A DNA stretch of 63,896 bases, filler included, from Collodictyon triciliatum (GCA_043381765.1; 14 parts of 14 records of this genome joined end to end with filler, not necessarily neighbours in it), one strand, 5' to 3'. Shown: positions 11,239 to 24,870, counted from the whole stretch's first letter. A program made the numbers and translations. Notes: generated by a model from the letters alone, not told the origin.

Positions 11239-12540
11239 TTTTTTCCTTTGTTCGATTCAAAGTGCAGCGAGGTTATGCCATACAAAGGGGCGGGATGGGA
11301 GCGCACGGGAGAGAGCAAACGCGAGGAGTAGAAGACACTACCGTGGAGAGTGTAGCACTGGAAAGAAGTCAGTGATAGCGAGTTGGTCAGATGAGCGACC
11401 CAACTGGTTGATTAGTTGCGTGGGTAGAAGGGTTTGCATATGCTGAAGAGATATCGCACGACACATTCCCACATCTCTCGGAAGTGGTTTGCAAGGTAGT
11501 CAGCGACAAAGTTGAATAGCAGTGGTGCAAGTGGGCAGCCTTGATACACCCCGCTCTGTCTTTGGATTGCATCCGTAGGTCCGTGTGCCGTAAGTACCCT
11601 CGCTGTTGCATCGTCGTGCAATTTCTTGATAAGACTGGTGAATTCGGTGCAGAAGCCTCTTTTGTGTAGGATGGTTTCCAGTGCTTCGTGGTTCACATAG
11701 TCGTATGCTTTCTCCAGGTCGTAGAAAATCATAGCGCGGGGTGTCCCGCTTACTTGATATTCCATGTGCTCTTTGTTGACAACCCAGATGTTTGTGTGGA
11801 TGTTTCTTCCGTTCATGAAGCCAATCTGCTTTTGGATATGAGTTTGTCAGCGATGGGTGATATGCGATTTCTGAGTAGCGTCGTAAATATCTTGTAGTCG
11901 TTATTCAACAGTGATAATGGCCGCCAGTCTGCAAGATTGCTTGAGTTTCCTTTCTTTGGTATCAGCCGCACTGTGGCCTCTGTAAATCCTTGCGGTAGGT
12001 CGCCACCAGACATGATTCCATTCAGAAAGGCCACCAAGGATGCCTTGACCTCATTAAAGAAAGCAGAGTTTATTCTGTTGGGCAGCCTATCTAAACCTGG
12101 CGCTTTGAGCCTCCCCGTCATCACCAAGTGCTTTACTGGCCCAGAGCTCTTTCCTGGTTCTGGATTGGGCTTTATTTAGGTTGTAATAAGTTCCAAGAGT
12201 GCGGAGTGCTCGGACGGAGAAGGTGTGGTTTGTTGTTTGACGTCGGACTGCTTTGAACAAGATATTTTTGAGCAGAGATATTCGTTCCTTGGAGAAGTCA
12301 AAGAAAACTACACAAAACATGGTGAGCTTCAATCTTTAGGCATTTGAGAATGAATTTGGGCTCGTCATTTCATTTGGATATTGTGGCAGTTATGTTGGTT
12401 GGTGCTGACGCTGTTTGCCAGAACTCATCATGCAATCCAGGTATTTGTGTCGTAATTCCATTTGGGCCAGAGGCGTCTAGCAAAGAGTCTGTTGTCTTTC
12501 GACAGCCTTATTGATTGGTTCCATTTCTTTGTCGTGCCCC
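11239..12540 (-). mobile_element. Degenerate L1/Tx1-like non-LTR retrotransposon (RT domain, frameshifted) followed by a putative 3' UTR and tail
   Basis: RT motifs KAPGLD, LIPKKG..WRPLSLLNNDYKI, DLEKAYDYV and GVYQGCPLAPLLF. There is a frameshift near 11820. YADD is replaced by YANP near 11430, followed by ~190 nt of non-coding sequence ending CTTTGAATCGAACAAAGGAAAAAA. Confidence 0.9.
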
Positions 12541-12722
12541 TCTCTTATTTCTAATATCTGGATTGTTATAGCACGTTATCGTTGACCCAGCAATAGTTCC
12601 TTTGGCAATCTTGAATTAATTTTTTTTTTCTTCCACTCCCGAGATTTCAAGGGAGAGACCTGGAAGATAGAGATATAATCGCAACAGTACCAGGATACCA
12701 CTTTATTTCGTTGTTTCATCTT

Positions 12723-12727
<5 letters not shown>

Positions 12728-12803
<76 letters not shown>
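12728..12803. repeat. (AAC)n microsatellite
   Basis: Direct reading. Confidence 0.95.
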
Positions 12804-13065
12804 CCCATGCTCGTCTCTAAAACTCGCTCACGCAACAAATGAAAAAATGAAAATGGAAATAAAGTAAACACAAATGATACTCGGGAATCCCCTTATCATT
12901 GGTTTCACATAATATTTACTTTATCGAGCTTAACTGTCCATTTAGCTCCTATCCGATCGATAATTAAATGCCTTTTACTAGACACAATAACAAGTCCTTG
13001 ATTAAAAAGGAAATGGTATAAAGAGGGTGAGTGCATTATTACGATATAAACAGGCTGCAACAGAC

Positions 13066-13340
13066 ATCTACTTTGTCACATTGTGGGTTTTCCTGTAGGC
13101 TACAATCTCGGCCCATATCTCTTCCATTTGTGCTTCCAATCTCACGCTGCAAGGCAGTTGCGTCACAAACGGGCCGAACTTTAGGTGAACTGTGGCAGTG
13201 AATCTCCTTGCAAGAAGAATAACCAGGTTGCGGACTGTTGGCTCCATGATTGTAAGTTCCCCAGGTACAAAAGAAAAACTTTCGATGCGCAGTCGGTCGA
13301 TGTGAGGGTTCGATTCACCCGTGATAAGGAGCGACGATGC
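13066..13340 (-). CDS. Probable terminal exon of an unidentified gene
   Basis: A branch-point/acceptor (gctaacgacag) is followed by ~90 open codons (ASSLLITGESNPHID...RKTHNVTK*). No family recognised. Confidence 0.4.
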
Positions 13341-13880
13341 CTGTCGTTAGCAAACTTACAATAAGTACACAGACAAAATATGTCGCTGCCTGCAGTTTCT
13401 TGTCTATTTTTCTATTGTTCTATTCTTTGTCTTTTTTTTGTCTTTTTTTGTCTTTTTTTGTCTTTTGTCTTTTGTCTTTTGTCTTTTGTCTTTTGTCTTT
13501 TGTCTTTTGTCTTTTGTCTTTTTTCTTTTTTCTTTTTTCTTTTTTCTTTTTTCTTTTTTCTTTTTTCTTTTTTCTTTTTTCTTTTTTCTTTTTTCTTTTT
13601 TCTTTTTTCTTTTTTCTTTTTTCTTTNNNNNNNNNNNNNNNNNNNNNNNNNNNNNNNNNNNNNNNNNNNNTTAATTAATTAANNNNNNNNNNNNNNNNNN
13701 NNNNNNNNNNNNNNNNNNNNNNNNNNTTATATTTGTATTATGTTTGTATTATGTTTGTATTATGTTTGTATTATGTTTGTATTATGTTTGTATTATGTTT
13801 GTATTATGTTTGTATTATGTTTGTATTATGTTTGTATTATGTTTTGATTCTATTGTGTTTCGTTTTTAGATATAATTTCC

Positions 13881-16800
13881 ATGGATTTCCATAAAATCGC
13901 AGGACTTTTTTATCGCCATAGATGCATGCACGTATTCAAATACATTTCTTTCACAAATACCATCAGATATATATCCTCCAGGAACAGAGCCGGTTGTTTG
14001 GTCTGCAAATGCATCCGAAATGAATGGCAATTTCCAACCCAGTCCATTTTATGAACCAAATAATACGGGTTACTCACTTGCTGATATACACGCTGCCTTA
14101 CAGCCAAACCAATCATTTTTTCATCCTTATCAACACCAATTACACCACTTTTATAACCATACGGACCAAAATATTCTTTCTCAGCAAGGCTATGCCTTGT
14201 ATCACCCTGAAGCACACTCGGGGATGGACTATGCATTTGAGCAGAATAAACAAGTCAACTCCGTCACACATCAAAGTACTGCCATATACCATAAAATAAA
14301 GCATTGTAATCGATACTAGACTTTTTTTTTAAAAAAAAAAAGCATATGTAATAAACGAAATCTTTGAACCTTTTCAAAACAATTAAAAAAATAACTGTAT
14401 ATTAGTTCATTCAGGGAATTCTACAAACTATGCAGAACACCCTCACTTTCCTTCGGCGCAGGAGAATCTCGGTTTAAACTCTCTTTGCCAAGAGAAGGAA
14501 AATCATATAACAGTTGTGGAGATGGAAATTGATGATAGCAACCATGCTCCGCCTGCCTCTTCATCGACTATGTCTGAGCTGCGTAAGATATATAACCTCT
14601 TCAAAAAAATCGCTTTGCAGCATATAGTTATATGCATTACTTTCTAATGGAATATGTGACATATATTCTGGTGTATTAGCTCCCCTGCCCCTTGAGGAGA
14701 GCATAGCCGAGAACTCCTCGACTGCAAACGAAACGAAGATTGCTGAAAGTGAATCCATCGAAAATAATGACCAAACTAGCGATGTAATTGATTTTGCCGA
14801 TGAAATAGACTATGAACAAGCCCCAGAATATCAACAATCAGACGTTTTCAACGCTGACGAGGAAAATGGGATTCCAAACGCTGGTATGGAGAATCAACCT
14901 TCTTTAAACGCTGGAGAACATCTGGCTTCCAATATAAGCAACACACAACATACTTTGCAAGACACAGGAAACTTCCAAGAGGCAGTACAAAATATATGTA
15001 AGGCTGGATTCATATGTTTAATACGCTTTTTATTATATTTGTTATTTAAATAAATAAAAAAACTGTTCCGATTCTCCCACAGCGAAGACTGTCCCTTCAG
15101 ATAATTCGCAATCGGTAGAGAACCATAAAGTGGTAAATAAACCACATATTGGTTCCGTCCAGTCGCCATCTCTACCAAGAAAAGTTCCAGCAATTCGAAA
15201 ATCTGTCCAAGAAGTCCAAATAGCGTCCACTGTCCGTAAACATATTTTGTCACCGAAAGGGTCTGTTGTGGCTACAAGCAACGAGAAGTCAAGCACCCCA
15301 CAAAATACGCTTGCCAAGGGAACGAAGTCTTTGCCAGTCCTAAAGAAAAGTTTAAGTAAGAAAATGATTCTTATGGACATCTAATTAAAATGTATAGAGC
15401 TGAAGGGAGTGTGCAGTTCAATTCAGATTCTTTTTCTAATATCTTTTTTTTTTTGCCTCGGTATACCTAATCCGAAATATGAATGTGACTTTTTATTCAC
15501 TTCTAAACATTTCAATCCTGCAGAGCCCAATGATGACAGTTTAAGCTACCAAGTGCCGTTTGTTTTCTATCTCGACCACGCCACAGACCGCAATCCTGAC
15601 TCCAATAGTGAGCTCTCAAGCCAACTGTCATCCGATGAAGAATATGAAGACCTATCTAAAATCTCGTTCCAATCCACAGTTTTACTCGAAGATTTGACAG
15701 GTAACACTAAATCACCCCGGCGTCCCACAAATATAATCACAAAAGAAACAAAACCACTGCAGTTGAGTACACCGGCGGATATAGATTCAAAATCACGCTC
15801 TTTTCCGTCGAAAAGAGCTTTTCAGTCAACTCCACATGAAAGGAAAAGCACCTCAGAATTAATCATACCAACTGATGTCCCTAGAAGAGCTCATGAAATT
15901 GAGAAAGAACCGAAATCATATGTTCCGCAATGTACAACAGATAATCATAACATCGAAGAGAAAAATACCTTAGAGGAAAATCATGTTGTATCCTTCGTAA
16001 CAGAAGTAGCGGGCCCGTCTGATTTAACTGTAGATGAGAAGGGGTCTTCTGAAACGACTATTCACAAAGATTCAAAAGTTTTATCAGAACCCTTCATTGC
16101 GACATGTTTTAACGAAACTGCAGCCCTGCCACTATCTGATGATTTATCCGTATCGGTTATCCCAGAAGTTTCTGAATCGCTGGGTGTCTCAAGAGATGAA
16201 ATCCCAACTAATGATACAAACATTCCACCCCAGAGTACGGCCAAAGATTCAATCATTGATGACACCTATGAAAATCAGAATGCTGACACCCTGGAGCTGT
16301 CTGAGTTGCGTGCCCAGGAAACCACTGCTGACATCGAATCTCCTAGTACTCTAGTTTTTTTTTAAAAAAAAAAAAACATATATCACGAGCTATGAGACAA
16401 TTGTCTCGTACAAAACGAAATATGGTTTGAACATTCACGCACTCTTCCTTTCTAACCTAAAATACTCGTTTTAATTTTGAAAGTAGCCTCACAGGATGTG
16501 AATATCTCAAGCCCCTCAAAAAATGGCAGGGAAAATACCAGCGCATGCATAAATCCTGTCTCGACAACAGACATGAAACTTGCATCTAAAATGCAGCCAT
16601 TGGAAGCAAGTATGGTTTGATTGTGTCTATAAATTGTTATTTTATTCCTTTATTTAATTCAAAGATTGCGTCGATAGATTAAAACTTCGGTGCATACCCT
16701 TCTCTTATCTTTTAACTCTGTTTTGCTTTGCTCTCCTTTTTTAAAGATAATAAATCAATCTCCAATTAATGCGCATTCTCCCAGACTCCTTTTCTTGCCC

Positions 16801-17521
16801 TCAAGATACTGCAGGAATCGGCCGCGAACCAACGAAAGGGACCACAAGCAAACCGACCGAGTTCACCCACAACGCAACGCCCGCACACAGAGGAACCATG
16901 GATGTTGTCATGGCCGCCGATGATGTTGTTTTTATGCAATCTGTTCACTTTCCGAGTGCCTCTAGCGACCTTGTGAGCTTCAGTCCCGCGAAAAACCAGG
17001 ACGAATCCTATCGCACACTCCTCCAGCACCAGCAACTCCTCGAAGTCGAGGTTTCTCGATTGAATCACGATTTGTTTGAATCCTGCCTTTCCCTCGAGCA
17101 AGCAAGCCAGGCCGAAAGCATACTGAAAGCCCGGCTTGGACTTGTTGAGGCTCGGCTCGAAGAGGAGGAGAATCGCGCTCAGGATATGGAGGAGAGTCTG
17201 AAGGCGATATCGAGGGAGTTGGGAGAAGCCAAGACCAACACAATCGTTATCAAGGCCAGGATGGGACACAAGGAAATGATGAAATCCATCATGGCCCAGC
17301 CAGGAAACCCTGCTGCTGCTTCGTCCTCTGCTCTGATGCACAGTCCCTTTCTCGCGAGCTGCTTCTTGTCGCCGAGAAGTATTTCCGACTTGAAATCTAG
17401 TTTGTCGTCCACACCTCAGAATTGTATCGGGTTGCAAATCCAGTCACATCTAGCTTCACAACCAGAGCAAGAGGACTTGACCCCAAAAAAGACAAAACTG
17501 CTTCATGAAAAATCAAGCTAG
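13881..17521 (+). CDS. Hypothetical multi-exon S/T/E/Q-rich protein with a C-terminal coiled coil
   Basis: Long same-strand open frames (14020-14319, 15130-15384, 15409-16365, 16769-17521) are separated by AT-rich intron-like segments, and a heptad-rich segment runs LLQHQQLLEVEV...LKAISRELGEAK. Exon boundaries are not fully resolved. Confidence 0.55.
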
Positions 17522-17675
17522 ACTCATTTATATCAAAGGAGATGATTAAAAAAATATTTTTTGGACGTTTTTCGTAGTGTGCTCCCGTGTTATTCAATTT
17601 TGTGTCAAGAAAAACGCCATGTTATGGTTCCGCTCGGTTTTGTGAGAACGTGTGGATATTAGCAATAATTAATAT

Positions 17676-17740
17676 AGGCGTTCCTATCAAACCTTTTTTT
17701 TCTTTCGTTTATTCGATTCAAAGAGGCGCGCCTATCAACC
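17676..17740 (-). mobile_element. Micro-insertion (retroposon 3' tail) with imperfect ~17-bp target-site duplication
   Basis: AGGCGTTCCTATCAAACC (17676-17693) and AGGCGCGCCTATCAACC (17724-17740) flank TTTTTTTTCTTTCGTTTATTCGATTCAAAG. Confidence 0.6.
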
Positions 17741-18122
17741 TTTTTTTTTTTTTTTTCATTTTCTTTTCAAAACACAACTTGAAGATGAGGCTTTCCTGAC
17801 AACCCCACAGGAAGTGATGACAACTGCAATTTTATTTATTTATTTAATATTATTGTTGTTATTGTTGTTATTGTTGTCATTGTTGTCATTTTTGTTATTG
17901 TTGTTATTGTTGTTATTATTTCTATCGTTATTTGAGATGAATCAGAAATATGTGCATCACTCACAGGATTCTTGGATAGGTTCAAGTACTTTAGTTCCTC
18001 CATCTTTTCCAAGAAGCTCGGAATCTCCGTTAGCTTGGAAGAAGATATAATTCAGAGACAGAAAGATGTAAGGTTTATAACCCAATGCAAATTAGACGAC
18101 TTCAACAATAAGGGTATGTAAG

Positions 18123-18198
<76 letters not shown>

Positions 18199-18564
18199 NN
18201 NNNNNNNNNNNNNNNNNNNNNNNNNNNNNNNNNNNNNNNNNNTTAATTAATTAANNNNNNNNNNNNNNNNNNNNNNNNNNNNNNNNNNNNNNNNNNNNAA
18301 TAATAAATAAATAATAAATAAACAAAAAATAAACAAAAAATAAACAAAAAATAAACAAAAAATAAACAAAAAATAAACAAAAAATAAACAAAAAATAAAC
18401 AAAAAATAAACAAAAAATAAACAAACAATAAAAAAATGTATAACACTTGAAATACACAAACACCTTCTGATATATTGCTTTTTTAATTCAAATACAGTAT
18501 GCAATGTTTCACCCTAAATGTAAGCGAGCTCGTAGAAATATTTTAAAATCACTGTAAATCGAAC

Positions 18565-19972
18565 CTTTTGCAGAATGTAGCGTGGAAATCACTACAGCTT
18601 CCCTCCCTTCCCCATTTTCGTGCCCAGTCAACAAACTGATATATTGCATAAAGCGTGTCAACGGTGTAGCACCTGGGGGCTAAACGTCACAGTTTAAATT
18701 TTTTTTTTTCCCCTCTCAGGATACTATAAAAATTTAAAGTATGCCAAATTATGGTTACTGTACTGACCTCTTCTCGAGTTTCTTCGTAATTAGGCTGCTG
18801 TCCAGCAACATGGCGCAATTCAAGAACGTTGTCCCATCTCTGTTGAAATGTATCTGCATAAAACCACATGAATTATACAATAAGGAAGGAATGCGCAGGG
18901 GTAATACAATAAAGATATATTCTACTCACCCATATCTTTTTTCAAATATTCTTCAAACCCAATCTACAAATTGAGTGTTAAAATTAGAATTTTTTTGAGA
19001 CAAATCGACTTTATTTTCTATTTTTCAGATGCCTGATAGATTTTTATATTCATGTAAAAGAAGAAACGAACAGTAGGAGTCAATATTAAAATGAACAGGT
19101 TTCACGTAATTAATCGTGATTATTTACAAACCTCTCGAATTAGAAAATCTAGAATATCACTCGGCATAGAGCCTCTTGTTGCCATACCCGATATTCGGTC
19201 AACTATATCCCAACCGTTGCATATATAGTTGAGTCCTTACACAGGGAAACACCACTTTTATTTGTCCAGTTTCATTTTATCGGGAAAGGTGATAATAAAA
19301 CATTATCACATACTTAAATTCACAAATAAAACGACTGTTTTCCTCTTATTTTCTAACAGCCCGTCTTGCTTATCTCCTTGGGCAATTCGACCGGCAATCT
19401 TTTTTAAAAAGAGGACATAATTAGGAATGAATATAGAGTTAGAGTTAGAGTTAGAGTTAGAGTTAGAGTTAGAGTTAGAGTTAGAGTTAGATAGAGATAA
19501 AGGCGATAATAGAATTAAAATGGAAGCTCAATAAAGGGTGAATTTTTTTTTTAAAAAAGAATAATGAATAAGGAGGGCATTCAAATATTCAGGTGGGGTA
19601 ATCCTACGTCTATTTCTTTCACGGGGCTACTGAAAAAGTCAAACTTACTTCAAACATCGATGTTGACTTGACTTTTGCTGTCTCTTCAATATGTTCGATA
19701 CTTTTAGGCCCGATACCTCTTGCAGGGGTATTTATCTTATAGAAAAGAAGTAACTTTCTAAGAATACATAACCAAGAGTTGCTTTCGTTTGATTAGTGCC
19801 ATTACAAAAATGACTACAAAATTAAGCGAATGTGGACTTACAATCCTTCTAAATGAGAAATCATCTTTCGGGTTCATTGCAAGGCGGAGGTAGCTAAAAA
19901 GAAAAAAAGGAGAATATATTGTTACATCATTTACATAAAATACCTTGATGGGAAATTTACATATTTGAAAGC

Positions 19973-20069
<97 letters not shown>

Positions 20070-22569
20070 CATGATTAAATAACAGTAATAACATAGAAAT
20101 AGAGGAATGTGAGAAGAGAGGTATTTCAAATTACCAAAGCAAATCCTTAATTTCTTCTCGGTCATAGAATGCCACTCCACCAACAAGCCTGTACATAATG
20201 CCCTTTCGAATAAACTCTTCTTCAATCACACGAGTCATATAGTGGTTCCTAAGAATATACTTTATCAGTGAATGAATATTCTGACAAAACAAAACAGACA
20301 AAAAAAAAAAAAAAAAAAAAACACAACAATGAAACTCTTACGAAAAAATGGGAGCGATAAATTCTCTATTTTTCAACAACACGTATTATTCTCATCTTAT
20401 TTACATAGACTCTCAAATACCACTACCGTGACCATAAGGAGAAAAAAAAAGAGGATTTTTTTTTTCACCTGCACAAGACAGCAACATCTCGAAAACTGAT
20501 AGCGTCATATGCCTTTAACTCAAGGATTTCTTTAGCAATCAGCCTCGCTTCATCATCAGGACTCTCTCTAGCGATTAAATAAACAGGAGGACCCCTAAAA
20601 TTGCAATATCTCATTATAAATAAACATATGATATAAAACAACTAGGAAAAAAAAAAGCCAAGAAAAAAAGGAGAAAAATCTGATAATTATAAATGTAGTC
20701 TACTATTCCAGGGAACAGGCGATCAATGCATTTTTTTGTTTTAAATTAAACCAACCTTGTGTTATCGGTCCACATATTTCCACGCTTGTTTTCTTTTAGG
20801 TCTTTCATAATAGAATTGGTACATCTAAAACCCACGTTAATTTTCAAGGTCATTACTAAATATATATTTGAGAAAATTCACATATTTTTTTTTATTTTAG
20901 TACCTTAGTAAATGAGTGGTTGAGCGATAATTTTGGTCTAAAAATACAGTTTGACAATTATCAATTTCCGAGAAGCGTTTAATATTTGTGAAATCAGCAC
21001 CTCTCCAACTATGAAAAATTAAATCATCAGACCATACTTTAGAAGATTTGAAAGTGACTTGATGATTTTTTTCTCTCTTTCTTTCTCTTTTATATGTTAG
21101 AATTTTAAAATTGAGTATAGCGATTGATCAAAATTGTACCTATATATACACTGGTATGGGTCACCTTTGACACGAAAAAAAAAGATTTTTAAAAGTTAAA
21201 CAGGTAACAATAAAAGAGATATTCACTGATCCCGACTCAGCAGCCCACAAGGACTTTTAAGAGACAAAGCAATACTAAAGATATTAGGAGATTCATTCTT
21301 CTCTTTATCATTACATTCTTCTACACGAAAAATAAAAAGGTATTATGAATCCTTACAAATGAAAAGAAAATAGAAGGGAAAAGGGTAATAAATATGAATG
21401 CTTGAAAGAAAGAAAAAGAAAAGAGTTTGTATAAAATTTTCCAATTAACACAAACCAACAGCAGTCACATTCTTATGAATATAAGACAGATGTTTGCATA
21501 TTTCAAATTGAAGCATATTTGTATCCTATTAGAAATTGTCCTCTCTCATTGAGATATCATATTTCCATGATACCAACAAAAATAAAACATAACAAAAAAT
21601 AGAAAAATAAAGATACATACATGAATAAATGAAAAAGTTACCTGAAATTCATCAATAAGCAAGTACCGGCATCCCATGGCAAAACGGTCTTTGACATCAG
21701 GGTGATTCTCGAAAATCTCCACAGTCTATTAAAAAATAGGATTAGATTCTCCAGGGTATTTACCAATAATATATAAAACTCATCAACCGTTAAATATATA
21801 ATATCAGATGATAAATAGATGATTACTAAGGACCTTCGTACACTATAATGTTTAGTTTCAAAGGTGGAAAAAAAAGAAAGAAAGAAGAAATAAGGCACTA
21901 TTAAACAAAATGGCTTATCGCTTTACTAACTTTAATCAAAAGATCATTAAAGTCCAGACCACCCATTCTTGTTAGGGACGCTTCGTACTTTATGGTAGAA
22001 TTAATTTACAGATTTTTTTACAGGGACGATAATGAGATAATACAACCAAAAATTTTATGTTTTGATAGAATGCATATACTTGGAGTGTAAGAATATAGAT
22101 TTAAAATTTAAATATGAATCTTATATTATACTAAGATGCAGCCATATTGACTTTAATTAATTGGATCAGAATTTTCAGAGTATGGTGAAGAAATTCGGGT
22201 TCGTATGTGCTTGTATAATTAACCTTATGCTAATAAAAATGACATACCTCAGTGTGGATTAGGTCGATCTTCTGATATAAATCCCGATGAAATATACGCC
22301 CGGTTTGAGATTTCATGTACTACAGATATAAAGGGCTCATAATTCACAGCAAATAAACAAAATTTATTTGAGATATTACAAATAACAGGTAGATGTATAC
22401 TCATTAGAATTTCTTTCATTCGACACACCTCCAAAGGACTCATTCTCAATCCTTTTGCAGAGTTGATAACGCTATTCGACGGTTCATGCAAATGAGATAA
22501 AGATAAATCTTTGCAAATTTTACTGACCAGATTTGAGCTATCCGCGGCATCACAAATAAAAAAGTTGGC
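18565..22569 (-). CDS. UvrD/PcrA/Rep (SRS2-like) SF1A DNA helicase, internal fragment, intron-rich
   Basis: Spliced exons give LDFNDLL, YLLIDEFQ|DTNMLQF, VG|DPYQCIYS|WRGAD, LDQNYRST, DVAVLCR, GGVAFYDREEIKDLL, INTPARGIG and VVISTLHSAKG. Confidence 0.92.
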
Positions 22570-23086
22570 CTTTTTTTGAATTCAAATTAATAATAAAATT
22601 AATAATAAAATTAATAATAAAATTAATAATAAAATTAATAATAAAATTAATAATAAAATTAATAATAAAATTAATAACAACAACAATAACAACAACAATA
22701 ATAACAACAATAATAACAACAATAATAACAACAATAATAACAACAATAATAACAACAATAATAACAACAANNNNNNNNNNNNNNNNNNNNNNNNNNNNNN
22801 NNNNNNNNNNNNNNTTAATTAATTAANNNNNNNNNNNNNNNNNNNNNNNNNNNNNNNNNNNNNNNNNNNNACATACATACATACATACATACATACATAC
22901 ATACATACATACATACATACATACATACATACATACATACATACATACATACATACATACATACATACATACATACATACATACTAATATATCTTGAATG
23001 AATATCTGAAATATTTAGACAAATTCATCTCAAGAAAAATCTCAAGTCAATATATTAAGATTTAAATAGGTTCTACATTATTTTAC

Positions 23087-24431
23087 CCTTTTGGAAGTGA
23101 GGAAGAGTTCTGTGCTTGAATCCTAAGGGAATACGTTCTCCTTTGACAGTTTGTTGACCCACGGCGGCAATCATTCGGCAAATGTTGATTTCACTTCCTT
23201 TGGAACCAGCTTTTTGCATGTGAAGGAAGCTGTTTGTGGATTTGAGGTTGTCAGAGATCCGCTTTCCTTCCATTTCCACGACTAGACCAAGGGAAGCAAT
23301 CGTTTCTCGCTCAGCGCTAGAGATAAAAAGGTCTTGGTTCCCTCGAGGCTGCTCTCGTAAAATTCTTCTTATATTTCCTACATCACTTATCTATGTTTAT
23401 CCTCAATACCAGGTAATCATATTCTCGCAGAATGAATAAATGACCCTACACAAAAAATAACAAAAGAATCGTTCACCATTAGCATATCCATTACTCGCTT
23501 GAACTTATCTTTGCTGTTCTGATCCACAATCATATCAGAAACGCCAATTCTGCATCAATAGTATGATTATTTAGATATAGGGGAAACATCGCGCACATGG
23601 AAGAGATGAAAAATAGGGTAAAAAGGAAATTATTACGAGAAACCTGGAGTCATTAACCAAATATTGACCAGCTGCTGAATTTGGCTCAAGAACCGACGAC
23701 ACAGTTCAACCCCATAGTCCAGGAAAATGATATGAATTAAACTCCCTGTGTAAAGATTTTTTTAATATATGTGCATCGAATGAATAAATCATAAGTATAG
23801 AACACGATGCTAATATTTAGAATCCTATTGTATGACCTCCTACGGCTCCTATCATTGATTTGTTCAATCTCCCGCAAAGAAGTTGACCATCCCGAATGAT
23901 AATGGACATATCATCAGTTTGAAAATATTGGTCAACTGATGCTCTGGTATGAAGTGAGTTAGAGCCAAGTTTGATAAAGCTTAAGTCCGGGAGTATCATA
24001 TAGATGATTTGCTTTCCACTCCAAAGTGGCTTCGGCTTTAAGATAGCTGGAGTTGGAATCTTGAAATTGAAGTCTAGTATCCAAGTGAGGATGTTCATCA
24101 AAATATCCTATAAAAAAGGTGTCGCAAGAATCAAACAAAAATGGATGAAATATTATCCTTATCTTTTCGAATAATCAAATTACTTCCTCAACATTACTGA
24201 TTTTATGGAAGTTATATAAAACCCATAGTAATACACTATTTATTTTGGAATCATATCACATGTTTTCTTGGAAGAAAATTTTTCACGAAATGTACCTTTG
24301 TGATGAAAGTATCCCGGCTGGTAATGAGATAACACGCTAGCAAACTGTCTTGAAAGATACCCATAATAGGTCTACCCAGCAAATGGAATATAGATTGGAT
24401 ATACTTAACGTCTGACGTAGTGTGGCGCATT

Positions 24432-24469
<38 letters not shown>

Positions 24470-24810
24470 AAGAAAATGCAACGTTATTTAAATTTGAATT
24501 TGTGTATATACGAATTATTCTGTGGCGTCATGAGCTGGCGAGGAACCATCATGATTTCTTCAATTTCAGATCTAATTACAAAGAGAGTACTTTTTTATAG
24601 TCTTATACACAGACATATCCTTTAGTGGAACTGTTTTACTTTATCGAAAATAGGATAGGTTTACTGCAGCTTAAGTGCTTGAAAAAATAACCTGGACTCT
24701 AGTGTCTGAGGTACATGGAGATTCATCTCATCTCCATCAAAGCGAATATTGTACGGGACAGTGACGAACAAATTCAGTCGAAAAGTCGAACAGGGCATAA
24801 TTCTTATACG

Positions 24811-24870
<60 letters not shown>

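Noticed and set aside
19434-19490. (TTAGAG)n resembling a telomeric repeat
   Set aside because: It is short and lies inside an intron of the helicase gene.
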